Assembly: GCA_964593295.1 (NCBI GenBank)
Contig: CAZQHD010000001.1
Span: forward strand, 1 to 34,014
Origin: an uncultured Thermotogae bacterium
GTDB taxonomy: Bacteria > Bipolaricaulota > Bipolaricaulia > UBA7950 > UBA9294
Length of the DNA: 34,014 nucleotides
Direction of reading: 5' to 3'
Positions within the stretch are counted from its first letter, which is position 1. Each line of letters opens with the position of its first letter. Positions 7,553 through 15,637 of the stretch are shown here, piece by piece. The position numbers and the translations under genes are program-made. The notes under the pieces are model-generated. The model saw only the letters and a list, made by a program, of their open reading frames with translations. It was not told the origin of the DNA and ran no database searches.

Positions 7553-8824
7553 ATGAGACCGTTTGATCCTCGTTCGGTGGAAGAGCTTGGATCCAGGATC
7601 GTCCAAGCCGGACCGATTTGTGATGAGTGCCTGGGACGTGTCGCCTCGAGGCTGGGGACCGGATTGTCGAATGCCGAGCGAGGAAGGGCGATCCGTGATC
7701 ACCTCCGCGCCTCTGGGGTCGAGGCGCGATCCGGCAGCTGCTGGGTTTGCCAAGATGCGTTTCAGGTGTTGGGCGGCTGGGCGCAGCGCGCGGCGGAGAT
7801 GGCACGGCCGTTTGAGTTTGTCTCGTACCTGTTCGGTGTGGTGCTCCCGGTGCGGCTGGAGCAAATGGATGCGTTGTATCGAGAGCGTTTTCCCTCCGAG
7901 CACCGGGAGTCAGTCAAGCATTCACTGAACCGATGCTTGGGGATCGCCTTCGAACGGCAGATCGGACACCAGGTCAGCGTGGACTTCTCCGATCCTCATC
8001 TTTCGTTCGTGGTGGACCTGGCTTCGGAGCGAGTCCGTATGCACGTGCGATCGCTCTACCTGTACGGGCGATACCAGAAGCTCCTGCGCGGGATTCCGCA
8101 GACAAGGTGGCCGTGCCGCGCCTGCAGAGGGAAGGGGTGTCCGAGTTGCTTCTCGACAGGCAAGCAGTATCCCACGTCGGTGGAGGAGATCATCGGTACA
8201 CCCTTTGTCCACAAGGCCGAGGCCTCTTCCTCCACGCTGCACGGTGCCGGTCGGGAGGATATCGACGCTCGAATGCTCGGCGAGGGGCGTCCCTTCGTGC
8301 TTGAGCTGCACTCTCCCAAACGTCGCAGTGTGGATCTGGACGAGACCCGACGGCAGCTGCACGAGGCCGCCGAAGGCCGTGTGGCGGTCTCGCCGCTGTG
8401 CTTCGTGCGGCGCGATGCGGTGAAGTGGGTTAAGGAACTGAAGGCGACCAAGACGTATCGCGCCCGGGTTGCGCTGTCTTCCAGTGTTTCTGATACGGAC
8501 CTACAGCGGGCACTCTCGACGCTGGTGGGAGAGATCTATCAGCAGACGCCGCAGCGCGTCGCTCATCGACGAGCGCTGCGAACCCGCGTGCGGCGCCTTC
8601 ACGAGGCGAGAGGTACACTAGAAAGCGGGCGGCTGGCGGTCGTTGATCTACATGGAGACGGAGGGCTGTACATCAAGGAGCTGATCTCCGGAGACGAAGG
8701 ACGGACTGAGCCGAGCATGTCCTCTCGTCTGGGCGTGGAGGCAACGGTTCTTGCGTTGGATGTCTTGGATGTCCGGGCCCCCGGCGTGCCGAGGCGCTTG
8801 GAACTCCGGGATGGGCTCCCGTAA
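7553..8824 (+). CDS. pus10: tRNA pseudouridine synthase Pus10 family (archaeal/eukaryotic type psi54/55 synthase)
   Basis: N-terminal Zn-ribbon motifs ICDECLGRVASRLGTGLSNAERGRAIRDHL and CWVCQDAF. Catalytic motif GAGREDIDARMLGEGRPFVLELHSPKRR. C-terminal YIKELISGDEGRTEPS. AAGGAG lies 6 nt upstream of ATG 7553; alternative starts are 7532 and 7547. Confidence 0.85.
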   Translation: MRPFDPRSVEELGSRIVQAGPICDECLGRVASRLGTGLSNAERGRAIRDHLRASGVEARSGSCWVCQDAFQVLGGWAQRAAEMARPFEFVSYLFGVVLPVRLEQMDALYRERFPSEHRESVKHSLNRCLGIAFERQIGHQVSVDFSDPHLSFVVDLASERVRMHVRSLYLYGRYQKLLRGIPQTRWPCRACRGKGCPSCFSTGKQYPTSVEEIIGTPFVHKAEASSSTLHGAGREDIDARMLGEGRPFVLELHSPKRRSVDLDETRRQLHEAAEGRVAVSPLCFVRRDAVKWVKELKATKTYRARVALSSSVSDTDLQRALSTLVGEIYQQTPQRVAHRRALRTRVRRLHEARGTLESGRLAVVDLHGDGGLYIKELISGDEGRTEPSMSSRLGVEATVLALDVLDVRAPGVPRRLELRDGLP

Positions 8825-8842
8825 AGTAAGCACGGTGAACGA

Positions 8843-9712
8843 ATGAACGCGACGACTGACGAGCGAACCGAGAAAGACAGAAAGGGGTCCTCTCTCCTGG
8901 AGATCTACTTCCGGGAGATTGATCGGTTCCCGTTGCTCTCTGCTGAGGAGGAGAGAGACCTGGCACGCGGTGTCCGTGGAGGCGATCAGAGTTCCCGCGA
9001 GCGGCTCATCGTCTGCAACCTTCGCTTGGTGGCCAAGATCGCTCAGGAGTACAACGATCTGGGGCTGCCCCTGCTCGACCTCATCCAGGAGGGCAACCTG
9101 GGGCTGATCCAGGCGGTGGATCGATTCGAGCCAGAGCGGGGATTTCGCTTGAGCACGTACGCTGTGTGGTGGATCCGTCGGTCGATCCTTCTGGCTATCA
9201 GCAGCTCGTCGAGAATGATCCGGATCCCTGACTATCTGTTCCGTGCACTTCGTCGGATGGCACAAATCCGAGCGATGGCGGAACAAGGCGTTGTGGATGA
9301 TCAGGAGATCACCGAGGCCACCGGGCTCTCCATCGATCGGCTGAGACAGATTGAAGCGCAGGTCAACGAGATGGTGTCTCTCGATCGAGTGGTCGGATGG
9401 GATTCGGAGGAGCCCTTGGAGGAGCAGATCATCGATGCGACCGGGCTCTCCCCAGAGACCGAGGCGTTGCGATTGCTGTTTCGAGATGAACTGGAGACGG
9501 TTCTAGGGAAGATTCCGTCTCGCCAGGCGTTGGCTGTTCGCCTTCACTACGGGGTCGAGGATGGATGCCCGTACAACCTGGCGGAGGTGGGGAGGATTAT
9601 GGAGGTCTCGCGCGAACGTGCACGACAGCTGGTCAAGGAGGGCATGGACAGCATCACTACCCGCTGGGGTGAGCACGCGCTTGAGATGTACCGAGGACTG
9701 CTCAACGGCTAG
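8843..9712 (+). CDS. RNA polymerase sigma factor, RpoD/sigma-70 family (short, lacks region 1.1; group 2/3-like)
   Basis: Regions 2.1-2.4 are NLRLVAKIAQEY and DLIQEGNLGLIQAVDRFEPERGFRLSTYAVWWIRRSI. Region 4.2 is YNLAEVGRIMEVSRERARQLVKEG. Starts 18 nt after the pus10 stop. Confidence 0.9.
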   Translation: MNATTDERTEKDRKGSSLLEIYFREIDRFPLLSAEEERDLARGVRGGDQSSRERLIVCNLRLVAKIAQEYNDLGLPLLDLIQEGNLGLIQAVDRFEPERGFRLSTYAVWWIRRSILLAISSSSRMIRIPDYLFRALRRMAQIRAMAEQGVVDDQEITEATGLSIDRLRQIEAQVNEMVSLDRVVGWDSEEPLEEQIIDATGLSPETEALRLLFRDELETVLGKIPSRQALAVRLHYGVEDGCPYNLAEVGRIMEVSRERARQLVKEGMDSITTRWGEHALEMYRGLLNG

Positions 9713-10749
9713 TGTGGTGGGCCGACGCGTCCGCGTAGCTGGCCGCATCCTGCCTGGATGTCGACGCCCCGCCGCTTGCGAATCGACACCGCCGCTCCCC
9801 CTGCGGCCAGGATGTCGGCGAACGATTGAACTCGCAGGTCTGGGCTGGGACGCCACGCGCTCCAGGAGATCGGGTTCAGGGGGATCAGGTTCACGTGGCA
9901 GAGCATCCCGCGAAGGGCCTCCGCCAGTTGCCCCGCATGGACGTCGGAGTCGTTCACCCCGTCGATCAAGGTGATCTCGAACGTGATTCGACGGTGCGTC
10001 TGGGCCGCATACGCCCGACACGCGTCGAGGAGCTTGGCCACTGGATAACGGCGATTGGCAGGCACCAACACGGTTCGGAGCGCATCCTCCGCTGCGTGAA
10101 GTGAGACGGCCAGAGTGATCTGGAGCCCTTCACTCGCCAGTCGGCGAATGCCGGGGACGATGCCCACGGTGGAGACGGTGAATCTCCGTGTCCCGAGACC
10201 CAGGCCGCGAGGGTCGCTTAGGATGCGGATGGAGCGCACGGTTGCCTCGTAGTTCTCGAGCGGCTCTCCCATGCCCATGTAGACGATGTTGGACAGGGAG
10301 GCGTCGCCGAGCCGGCGACGGACTGCGAGCACCTGCTCGACGATCTCGGCCGTGGTTAGGTTCCGAACGAACCCCGACCGCCCGGTGGCGCAGAAGACGC
10401 ACCCCATTCGGCAGCCGACTTGTGTGGAGACGCACGCAGTCATCCGCTGAGATGAGCGCATGATCACTGTCTCGATCGTCTCGTGATCCTTCAGGCAGAG
10501 CAAGAGCTTCGAGGTGTCGCTGTCATGACTGGTCTCTAGATGGAGAACACGCGGAGTTGTCCACGGAATCTGTGTGCTCAGCGAACGGCGAAGCGGCTTG
10601 GGCAGGGTGGTGATCTCCTGGTAGGAGGACACTTGGTCTCGAAAGACAGCCTGCCACAGCTGATGTGCGCGGAAGGCCGGCAACCCGTCTTTCACCAGGA
10701 GGTCGCGCAACGAATCGAATGGAAGGTCCAACAGGCTGAGACTAGTCAT
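9709..10749 (-). CDS. rlmN: 23S rRNA/tRNA (adenine-C2)-methyltransferase RlmN (radical SAM)
   Basis: CVSTQVGCRMGCVFCATG, MGMGEPLENY, C-terminal GVDIQAGCGQL. The start overlaps the ligA stop by 8 nt. Confidence 0.92.
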   Translation of the reverse strand: MTSLSLLDLPFDSLRDLLVKDGLPAFRAHQLWQAVFRDQVSSYQEITTLPKPLRRSLSTQIPWTTPRVLHLETSHDSDTSKLLLCLKDHETIETVIMRSSQRMTACVSTQVGCRMGCVFCATGRSGFVRNLTTAEIVEQVLAVRRRLGDASLSNIVYMGMGEPLENYEATVRSIRILSDPRGLGLGTRRFTVSTVGIVPGIRRLASEGLQITLAVSLHAAEDALRTVLVPANRRYPVAKLLDACRAYAAQTHRRITFEITLIDGVNDSDVHAGQLAEALRGMLCHVNLIPLNPISWSAWRPSPDLRVQSFADILAAGGAAVSIRKRRGVDIQAGCGQLRGRVGPPH

Positions 10750-12754
10750 GAGCGGAGAGCAGGTTCAGGAACTCGTCCTCGGAGAGGATGCTGATGCCCA
10801 GCTCACGGGCGCGGGCGGCCTTGGAGCCGGGGTTGTCCCCGGCCACGAGATGATCGGTGGTGGAGCTCACCGTGCTGGTCACGGTTCCGCCGAGTGAGCG
10901 AACGCGCTCCGCCGCCTGGGCTCGCGTCATGCTGACCAACGTGCCGGTGAAGACCAGGCGGCGGCTCTGGAGTGGATGGCGAGGGGACGTCCCATACCCT
11001 ACCGAAAGCACCGTCAGGCCAACACGCAGCAGGTCACGGAGGGCTTCCTGATTCCGAGGCTCCGCGAAGTACGAGGCCAGTGCATGGGCCGTCACTGGCC
11101 CGATCTCGGGAATTGCGGCCAAGGATCTCTCGGGCGCCCGGGCCAGTGCCTCCAAGGAATCGAACTCCCGCGCCAGAACTCGGGACAGATGCTGCCCGAT
11201 CCCGGGGACTCCGAGCGCAAAGAGGAGGCGATCCATCGGCAGTCGCTTGGCGTTCTCCAACGCAGAGAGGAGCTGGGTCGACGATTTGGGGCCCATTCGC
11301 TCCAGCGACTGCAAGGCCTCACCGTCCAGGCGAAACAGGTCGGCGAGCGAACGCACGAGTCCCGTGTCGACGAGCTGTGCGATCAGTTTGGGTCCCATGC
11401 CGTCGATATCGAGCGCTCCCTTGGAGGAGAAGTGAAGAAGCGATTGCTTCAGACGGGCGGGGCATTCGGTGTTGACACAGCGGTGGGCGATCTCGTCTTC
11501 CGAGTGCAGAACAGCTGATCCACAGACAGGGCAGGCACGGGGCATGGTGAATGGCCTCTCGTTTCCTGTTCGCAGCTCTGGGAACGAGCGCACGACTCGG
11601 GGGATCACATCGCCTGCACGTTCCACCAAGACCGTGTCTCCCACGCGGAGGTCTTTTCGATGAACCTCCTCTTGGTTGTGAAGCGTCGCGCTGCTGATCG
11701 TCACGCCTTGGATCTTCACCGGCTGGAGGACGGCCACAGGGGTCAAGGTGCCTGTGCGCCCGACCGAGACGGTGATCCCCTCAAGATGCGTGATGCCGGT
11801 GAGCGCACGAAACTTGCCCGCAATCGCCCAGCGAGGACTCCGGCTCACAGCGCCCAACTGCCTGCGCTGGGAGAACGAGTTGACCTTCACAACGATCCCG
11901 TCCGCCTCATAGGGTAGCTCCTCGCGTTGCTGTTGTGCTGTCCGGTAGAAAGCCACGACCTGCTCGATCTCTGTGCACAGCGTATACCGCGGGTTCACCG
12001 GTAGTCCGTAGCGAGGAAGTGTCTCCAAAAGATGCTGCTGGGTTCGAATGCCGTCGCCTTCCATGCGCCCGATGTCGTAGCAGTACATGGTGAGAGGCCG
12101 CTGCGCTGCGACCCCTGGATCGAGCTGACGCAGTGTGCCCGCGGCGAGGTTGCGAGCATTGGCAAACGCAGGCAGGCCGTCACGTCGGCGTTGCCGGTTC
12201 AGTTCGTCAAACCCACGCTTGGGGATGAACACCTCACCGCGAACCTCCAGCAACGAGGGGATCGGGAGCTCCTCCGAGAAGAGGCGAAGCGGAATGGACC
12301 GCACGGTGCGCAGGGTGGCGGTGACGTTCTCACCGATTCGGCCGTCTCCCCGAGTTGAACCCGTGACGAGGCGGCCATCTCTGTACACCAACTCCACCGC
12401 CAAGCCGTCGAGCTTCGGCTCACACACGTACTGGACCTCGTCCTGATTCAGTGTGGATCGAACACGACGATCGAACTCGCGCAGCTCCTCCTCCTCCATT
12501 GCGTTGGCGAAGCTCAGCATGGGCACCGAATGCTCTACGGGCTCCAGCGAGGAGGACGGGGGGGGGCCGACGCGCTGCGTCGGCGAGTCGGGGGTGACCA
12601 GCTCTGGATGCTCCCTCTCCAACTGCTCCAGCCGTCGGTACAGCGCATCGTAGGCTTCGTCCGACAGCTCGGGGGCATTGCGCACATAGTAGAGATGGAT
12701 GTGACGCCGGATCTCTGTCCGCAGCCGCTCGATCTCCTGGATTACCGAGGCCAT
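10742..12754 (-). CDS. ligA: NAD-dependent DNA ligase LigA
   Basis: Adenylation motif CEPKLDGLAVEL, Zn finger CPVCGSAVLHSEDEIAHRCVNTECPA, HhH region, C-terminal BRCT (FTGTLVSMTRAQAAERVRSLGGTV). ATG 12754 (MASVIQEIERL) was preferred over TTG 12793. Confidence 0.93.
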   Translation of the reverse strand: MASVIQEIERLRTEIRRHIHLYYVRNAPELSDEAYDALYRRLEQLEREHPELVTPDSPTQRVGPPPSSSLEPVEHSVPMLSFANAMEEEELREFDRRVRSTLNQDEVQYVCEPKLDGLAVELVYRDGRLVTGSTRGDGRIGENVTATLRTVRSIPLRLFSEELPIPSLLEVRGEVFIPKRGFDELNRQRRRDGLPAFANARNLAAGTLRQLDPGVAAQRPLTMYCYDIGRMEGDGIRTQQHLLETLPRYGLPVNPRYTLCTEIEQVVAFYRTAQQQREELPYEADGIVVKVNSFSQRRQLGAVSRSPRWAIAGKFRALTGITHLEGITVSVGRTGTLTPVAVLQPVKIQGVTISSATLHNQEEVHRKDLRVGDTVLVERAGDVIPRVVRSFPELRTGNERPFTMPRACPVCGSAVLHSEDEIAHRCVNTECPARLKQSLLHFSSKGALDIDGMGPKLIAQLVDTGLVRSLADLFRLDGEALQSLERMGPKSSTQLLSALENAKRLPMDRLLFALGVPGIGQHLSRVLAREFDSLEALARAPERSLAAIPEIGPVTAHALASYFAEPRNQEALRDLLRVGLTVLSVGYGTSPRHPLQSRRLVFTGTLVSMTRAQAAERVRSLGGTVTSTVSSTTDHLVAGDNPGSKAARARELGISILSEDEFLNLLSAHD

Positions 12755-12789
12755 GATCTCCACAGAGTGGCAGAAGAAGACACGCTGTG

Positions 12790-14070
12790 TCAATGCTCGT
12801 CTGGGCGGGGATCGCCGGGCGGCGTCGGTGAGGGGGGGATCGAACGCTGGTCCTCACGAAGAGAAACGGCAAGGGACTCCAGTTCGTTGAGCGAGAGGCC
12901 GGTGCCGCTCAAGAACCAGAACACATCATCGTGCTGGAAGAATGCCTCTACGGGCGCCATGCGCGGATCCACTCCGGGAAGCCGTTCCTCCCACAACGGG
13001 CGTCGATCATACAGACGGAGGCCGCTCCCTGTAGGGTCATCCTGTCCCTTCTCCGATAGGGACGCGCGCCAGCGCGCCATCCGCCGGGAGACGTAGTTGC
13101 CGACACAAAGATCGAGCTGGCTCGGCTTGTCCTGCTCGGAAGCATCCGATTCAAGCTTCAGATGGGCAACCACGAAAGCGCGCCCATGGTCTCGATCCAG
13201 ACTCAGCTGTACGTCCCCTTCCCGGGCGGAGACGCCGCGATGCTGTAGAGACGCAAGCGAAAGCGGGAACGGAGCTGCCGACACGAGATCGTCTAGACGG
13301 ACAGAGCTTTCCTCAAACACGCGCGCCCCCGAAGGTGGGGTGTAGCGGTGGAGCGATCCGAGATCGTCCAGCAGTTCTACCTCTCGGTACGAGATCTGCA
13401 CCGGGACCCCCGGTCCGAGCACCTGCGCCGCGGGGGCATCGGGAGCTGGTGTCCAGGAGATGGATACTGGGAACATCGTCTGCGTATCGAACTCCACCGA
13501 TGCCTTTAGGAGAGGGAACGTGGTCGTGGAGAGCAGGCCCACCCGATACGGGACCTTGGGCTTCAGCCCGATACGACGGGTGGAGCGATGCTCGCATGTG
13601 CTCTCACCGAGATCTCGGAGCAGATAGTCGTGGGTCAGACGCTCCAGAAACGCCAAATCGCCCAGTAGTGCAGTTCCCGGGATCGGCTCAAAGAGCTGCC
13701 GCCCGGCCTTGCGCAGGACGACCTGTGTGGAGGCATCGAAGAGCCATGTGTCGTAGCCATCGTGGTGGAAGCTCAGCTCGAGCAGCTCCTCGGAGGTCAG
13801 CTCCAGAAGCGAAGACAGTGTCGACTCCACCTCGGCCCAAGGGGTCTGAATGTTGTGATACTCGACTTGTAGAGACCGAGATCCAATGCATCGGATCGAG
13901 GCCTTCACCTCGATGTCGCCGGCCTGAACCGTCTGAACTCCGTGGAACCCAGCGCAGCGTTTCCATGTTGACTGAACCGTTTGCGCGAAGGATACCAAGT
14001 GTGTACTCATCTCGTGCGACTCACCTCTCGGAGTATACGAGATCCGACTGCTTGTTGACATACGAGGCAT
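12790..14070 (-). CDS. Hypothetical protein, no recognisable motif, Pro-rich C-terminal tail
   Basis: Long ORF with coding-like third-position GC bias, co-directional with and 35 nt upstream of ligA. ATG 14070 is preceded by CAGGAGGA at 7-nt spacing; alternative starts are 14118, 14061 and 14010. No signal peptide or TM segment is evident. Confidence 0.65.
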   Translation of the reverse strand: MPRMSTSSRISYTPRGESHEMSTHLVSFAQTVQSTWKRCAGFHGVQTVQAGDIEVKASIRCIGSRSLQVEYHNIQTPWAEVESTLSSLLELTSEELLELSFHHDGYDTWLFDASTQVVLRKAGRQLFEPIPGTALLGDLAFLERLTHDYLLRDLGESTCEHRSTRRIGLKPKVPYRVGLLSTTTFPLLKASVEFDTQTMFPVSISWTPAPDAPAAQVLGPGVPVQISYREVELLDDLGSLHRYTPPSGARVFEESSVRLDDLVSAAPFPLSLASLQHRGVSAREGDVQLSLDRDHGRAFVVAHLKLESDASEQDKPSQLDLCVGNYVSRRMARWRASLSEKGQDDPTGSGLRLYDRRPLWEERLPGVDPRMAPVEAFFQHDDVFWFLSGTGLSLNELESLAVSLREDQRSIPPSPTPPGDPRPDEH

Positions 14071-14304
14071 GTGCCGATCCTCCTGGCAGGACGCCCGGTC
14101 GGTCCGTGGGGCGATCATGCGGAAGGGTGACAGATGTCCTGTTCGCGATCACAAGCGCGTAGAGAAGTGTACTTGCGGGAGTGTTTTCTGCATCACAGGA
14201 GTGCACGAACACCGGTTGGGGGCAGAGATTCGTGCAATGATCCGAGAGAGGCGCAGGAGGACTGTTGCCTCTTGACGGAGTGGGAATCCTTCCTGTATTC
14301 ATAG

Positions 14305-14541
14305 GTGGGGGTTCGCAGCAAACAAGGGGGCGGGGCTGTGGCATGGAGTGAGAACACCGATGTGCTGGATCGAGCAATGTTGGAGTGTTTGGCGGTTCTC
14401 GCCGCCGCCAATGGGCGTACGTTGGTGGAAGAGCTCAACGTGGCGGTGAAATCGTATGTCCTGCAGGAGTTCGCGGAGCAGGGACAAGATACCCTCGTCG
14501 AGAGGGCGTTCTGTGACCGTTCTGCCGCCCAGCGCCCCTAG
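14305..14541 (+). CDS. Possible small protein (67-78 aa), weakly ribbon-helix-helix-like; uncertain
   Basis: Isolated ORF in a ~570-nt gap, with coding-like codon usage. Possible SD-led GTG at 14338 (AAGGGGG 8 nt upstream). TTGACG-N18-TATTCA lies upstream at 14271-14301. ...LAAANGRTLVEELNVAVKSYV resembles the RHH helix 2 context. Confidence 0.3.
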   Translation: MGVRSKQGGGAVAWSENTDVLDRAMLECLAVLAAANGRTLVEELNVAVKSYVLQEFAEQGQDTLVERAFCDRSAAQRP

Positions 14542-14637
14542 TCAACCTCATTGCAGCAAACGTGGTAGCGGCCCCCATGGGTCTCCTGTGACATGATGCG
14601 ATGACCGGGTACACTCCCGTGACCGTCTTGAGGGGGG

Positions 14638-15138
14638 ATGCCCATGAGAACTGCCGGTCTTCTACTCTCCATTGCGCTTGCGGGAGTTGTACTGCTATCC
14701 CTGTTGGTTCCGGGTCCTCCAGCCGAACCGAAGCAGGCCCCGGAGTTCTCCTTGCGCAACCTGGAGGGCGAGCTCGTCGCACTGTCCGACTATCGTGGCC
14801 AGGTGGTGGTGCTTGACTTTTGGGCCACGTGGTGTACGCCGTGTCTCACCTCCTTTCCGGCGTTGCATGCGCTCCTGGAACCGTATGCGGATCAGGGGCT
14901 CGTGCTGATCATCGTGAGTCTGGATCGCAGTGAAGAGAGTGCCCGTGAGTACTTGGTTGAGAACGGGTACGGTACGGATCAGGTGTTGTGGGGATCCTTG
15001 ACGCAAGCGAGAGCTGTACAGGAGCTGTACGGGGTGGTGGGCATTCCGCGAACAGTTGTCATCGACCGTGAGGGGTTGATCCGCTTCGCCGGACATCCCG
15101 ATCGGCTTGACGAGCAGGTTCTTCGCGCTTGGCTGTAG
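14638..15138 (+). CDS. TlpA/ResA-family membrane-anchored thiol-disulfide oxidoreductase (thioredoxin fold)
   Basis: N-terminal signal anchor LLLSIALAGVVLLSLLV, active site FWATWCTPC, GIPRTVVID. Alternative ATG at 14644. Confidence 0.88.
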   Translation: MPMRTAGLLLSIALAGVVLLSLLVPGPPAEPKQAPEFSLRNLEGELVALSDYRGQVVVLDFWATWCTPCLTSFPALHALLEPYADQGLVLIIVSLDRSEESAREYLVENGYGTDQVLWGSLTQARAVQELYGVVGIPRTVVIDREGLIRFAGHPDRLDEQVLRAWL

Positions 15139-15544
15139 GAGACGAAGCGGTTTCGTCGTGCGGACGGCATTCCGCGCGACTGCGTGTGCCACATGAGCTG
15201 GGCTTGGATCCGCGTGCTGACAGAGATGGAAGCGGATCTCTAGAGGGCAGCGGGCCAAGGAGCGCATGGACTCGCTCTCTCCAGCGTGCAAGCTCCGCTT
15301 CGTTGACGCGGTAGTGGATGAAGTGCCCGTCGCGGTGAGCGTCCAGAAGGTTGGCCTCCTTCAGGATCTTGAGGTGTTGGGAGACGGCGCCTTGGGTCAG
15401 TCCCAGCGAAGCGGCCAATGCGCCGACACACAGGTTTCGTCTTCTTAGGGCGACGAGGATCGCCAACCGTGTCTCCACGGAGAGGAGCTTGAGGTCTTGC
15501 GCGGTGTGGGGCACGTTCCCGTGGATCTCATCCTGGGTCTTCAT
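15059..15544 (-). CDS. ArsR/SmtB-family transcriptional regulator with unusual ~70-aa low-complexity C-terminal extension
   Basis: wHTH core LKLLSVETRLAILVALRRRNLCVGALAASLGLTQGAVSQHLKILKEANLLDAHRDGHFIHYRV. ATG at 15544. The first in-frame stop comes only at 15059, 80 nt inside the convergent tlpA-like gene, so the 3' end is uncertain. Confidence 0.75.
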   Translation of the reverse strand: MKTQDEIHGNVPHTAQDLKLLSVETRLAILVALRRRNLCVGALAASLGLTQGAVSQHLKILKEANLLDAHRDGHFIHYRVNEAELARWRERVHALLGPLPSRDPLPSLSARGSKPSSCGTRSRAECRPHDETASSPTAKREEPARQADRDVRRSGSTPHGR

Positions 15545-15556
15545 CTCGACGGACCG

Positions 15557-15585
15557 AATGTATCGAACGGGATCCGTTAGGTCAA
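15557..15585 (-). promoter_or_regulatory. Candidate arsR promoter TTGACC-N17-TACATT with inverted repeat AACGG-N3-CCGTT in the spacer (candidate autoregulatory operator)
   Basis: Hexamers read on the minus strand. The inverted repeat lies at 15566-15578. The -10 ends 12 nt before ATG 15544, and no SD is present. Confidence 0.4.
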
Positions 15586-15601
15586 GCAGGCCGCAGCTGC
15601 G

Positions 15602-15631
15602 TTGCGTGTTGGGGCGTCTGCGCGTTAGACT
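15602..15631 (+). promoter_or_regulatory. Candidate leaderless promoter for pfk: TTGCGT-N18-TAGACT, with the -10 ending 6 nt before ATG 15638
   Basis: Read directly. There is no Shine-Dalgarno sequence upstream of ATG 15638. Confidence 0.35.
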
Positions 15632-15637
15632 GAGACT

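Noticed and set aside
9709-9712. Convergent sigma factor and rlmN stop codons sharing CTAG; similarly the 12-nt (5105-5116) and 14-nt (31461-31474) convergent overlaps
   Set aside because: Short tail-to-tail overlaps are common in compact genomes. There is no evidence of special function.
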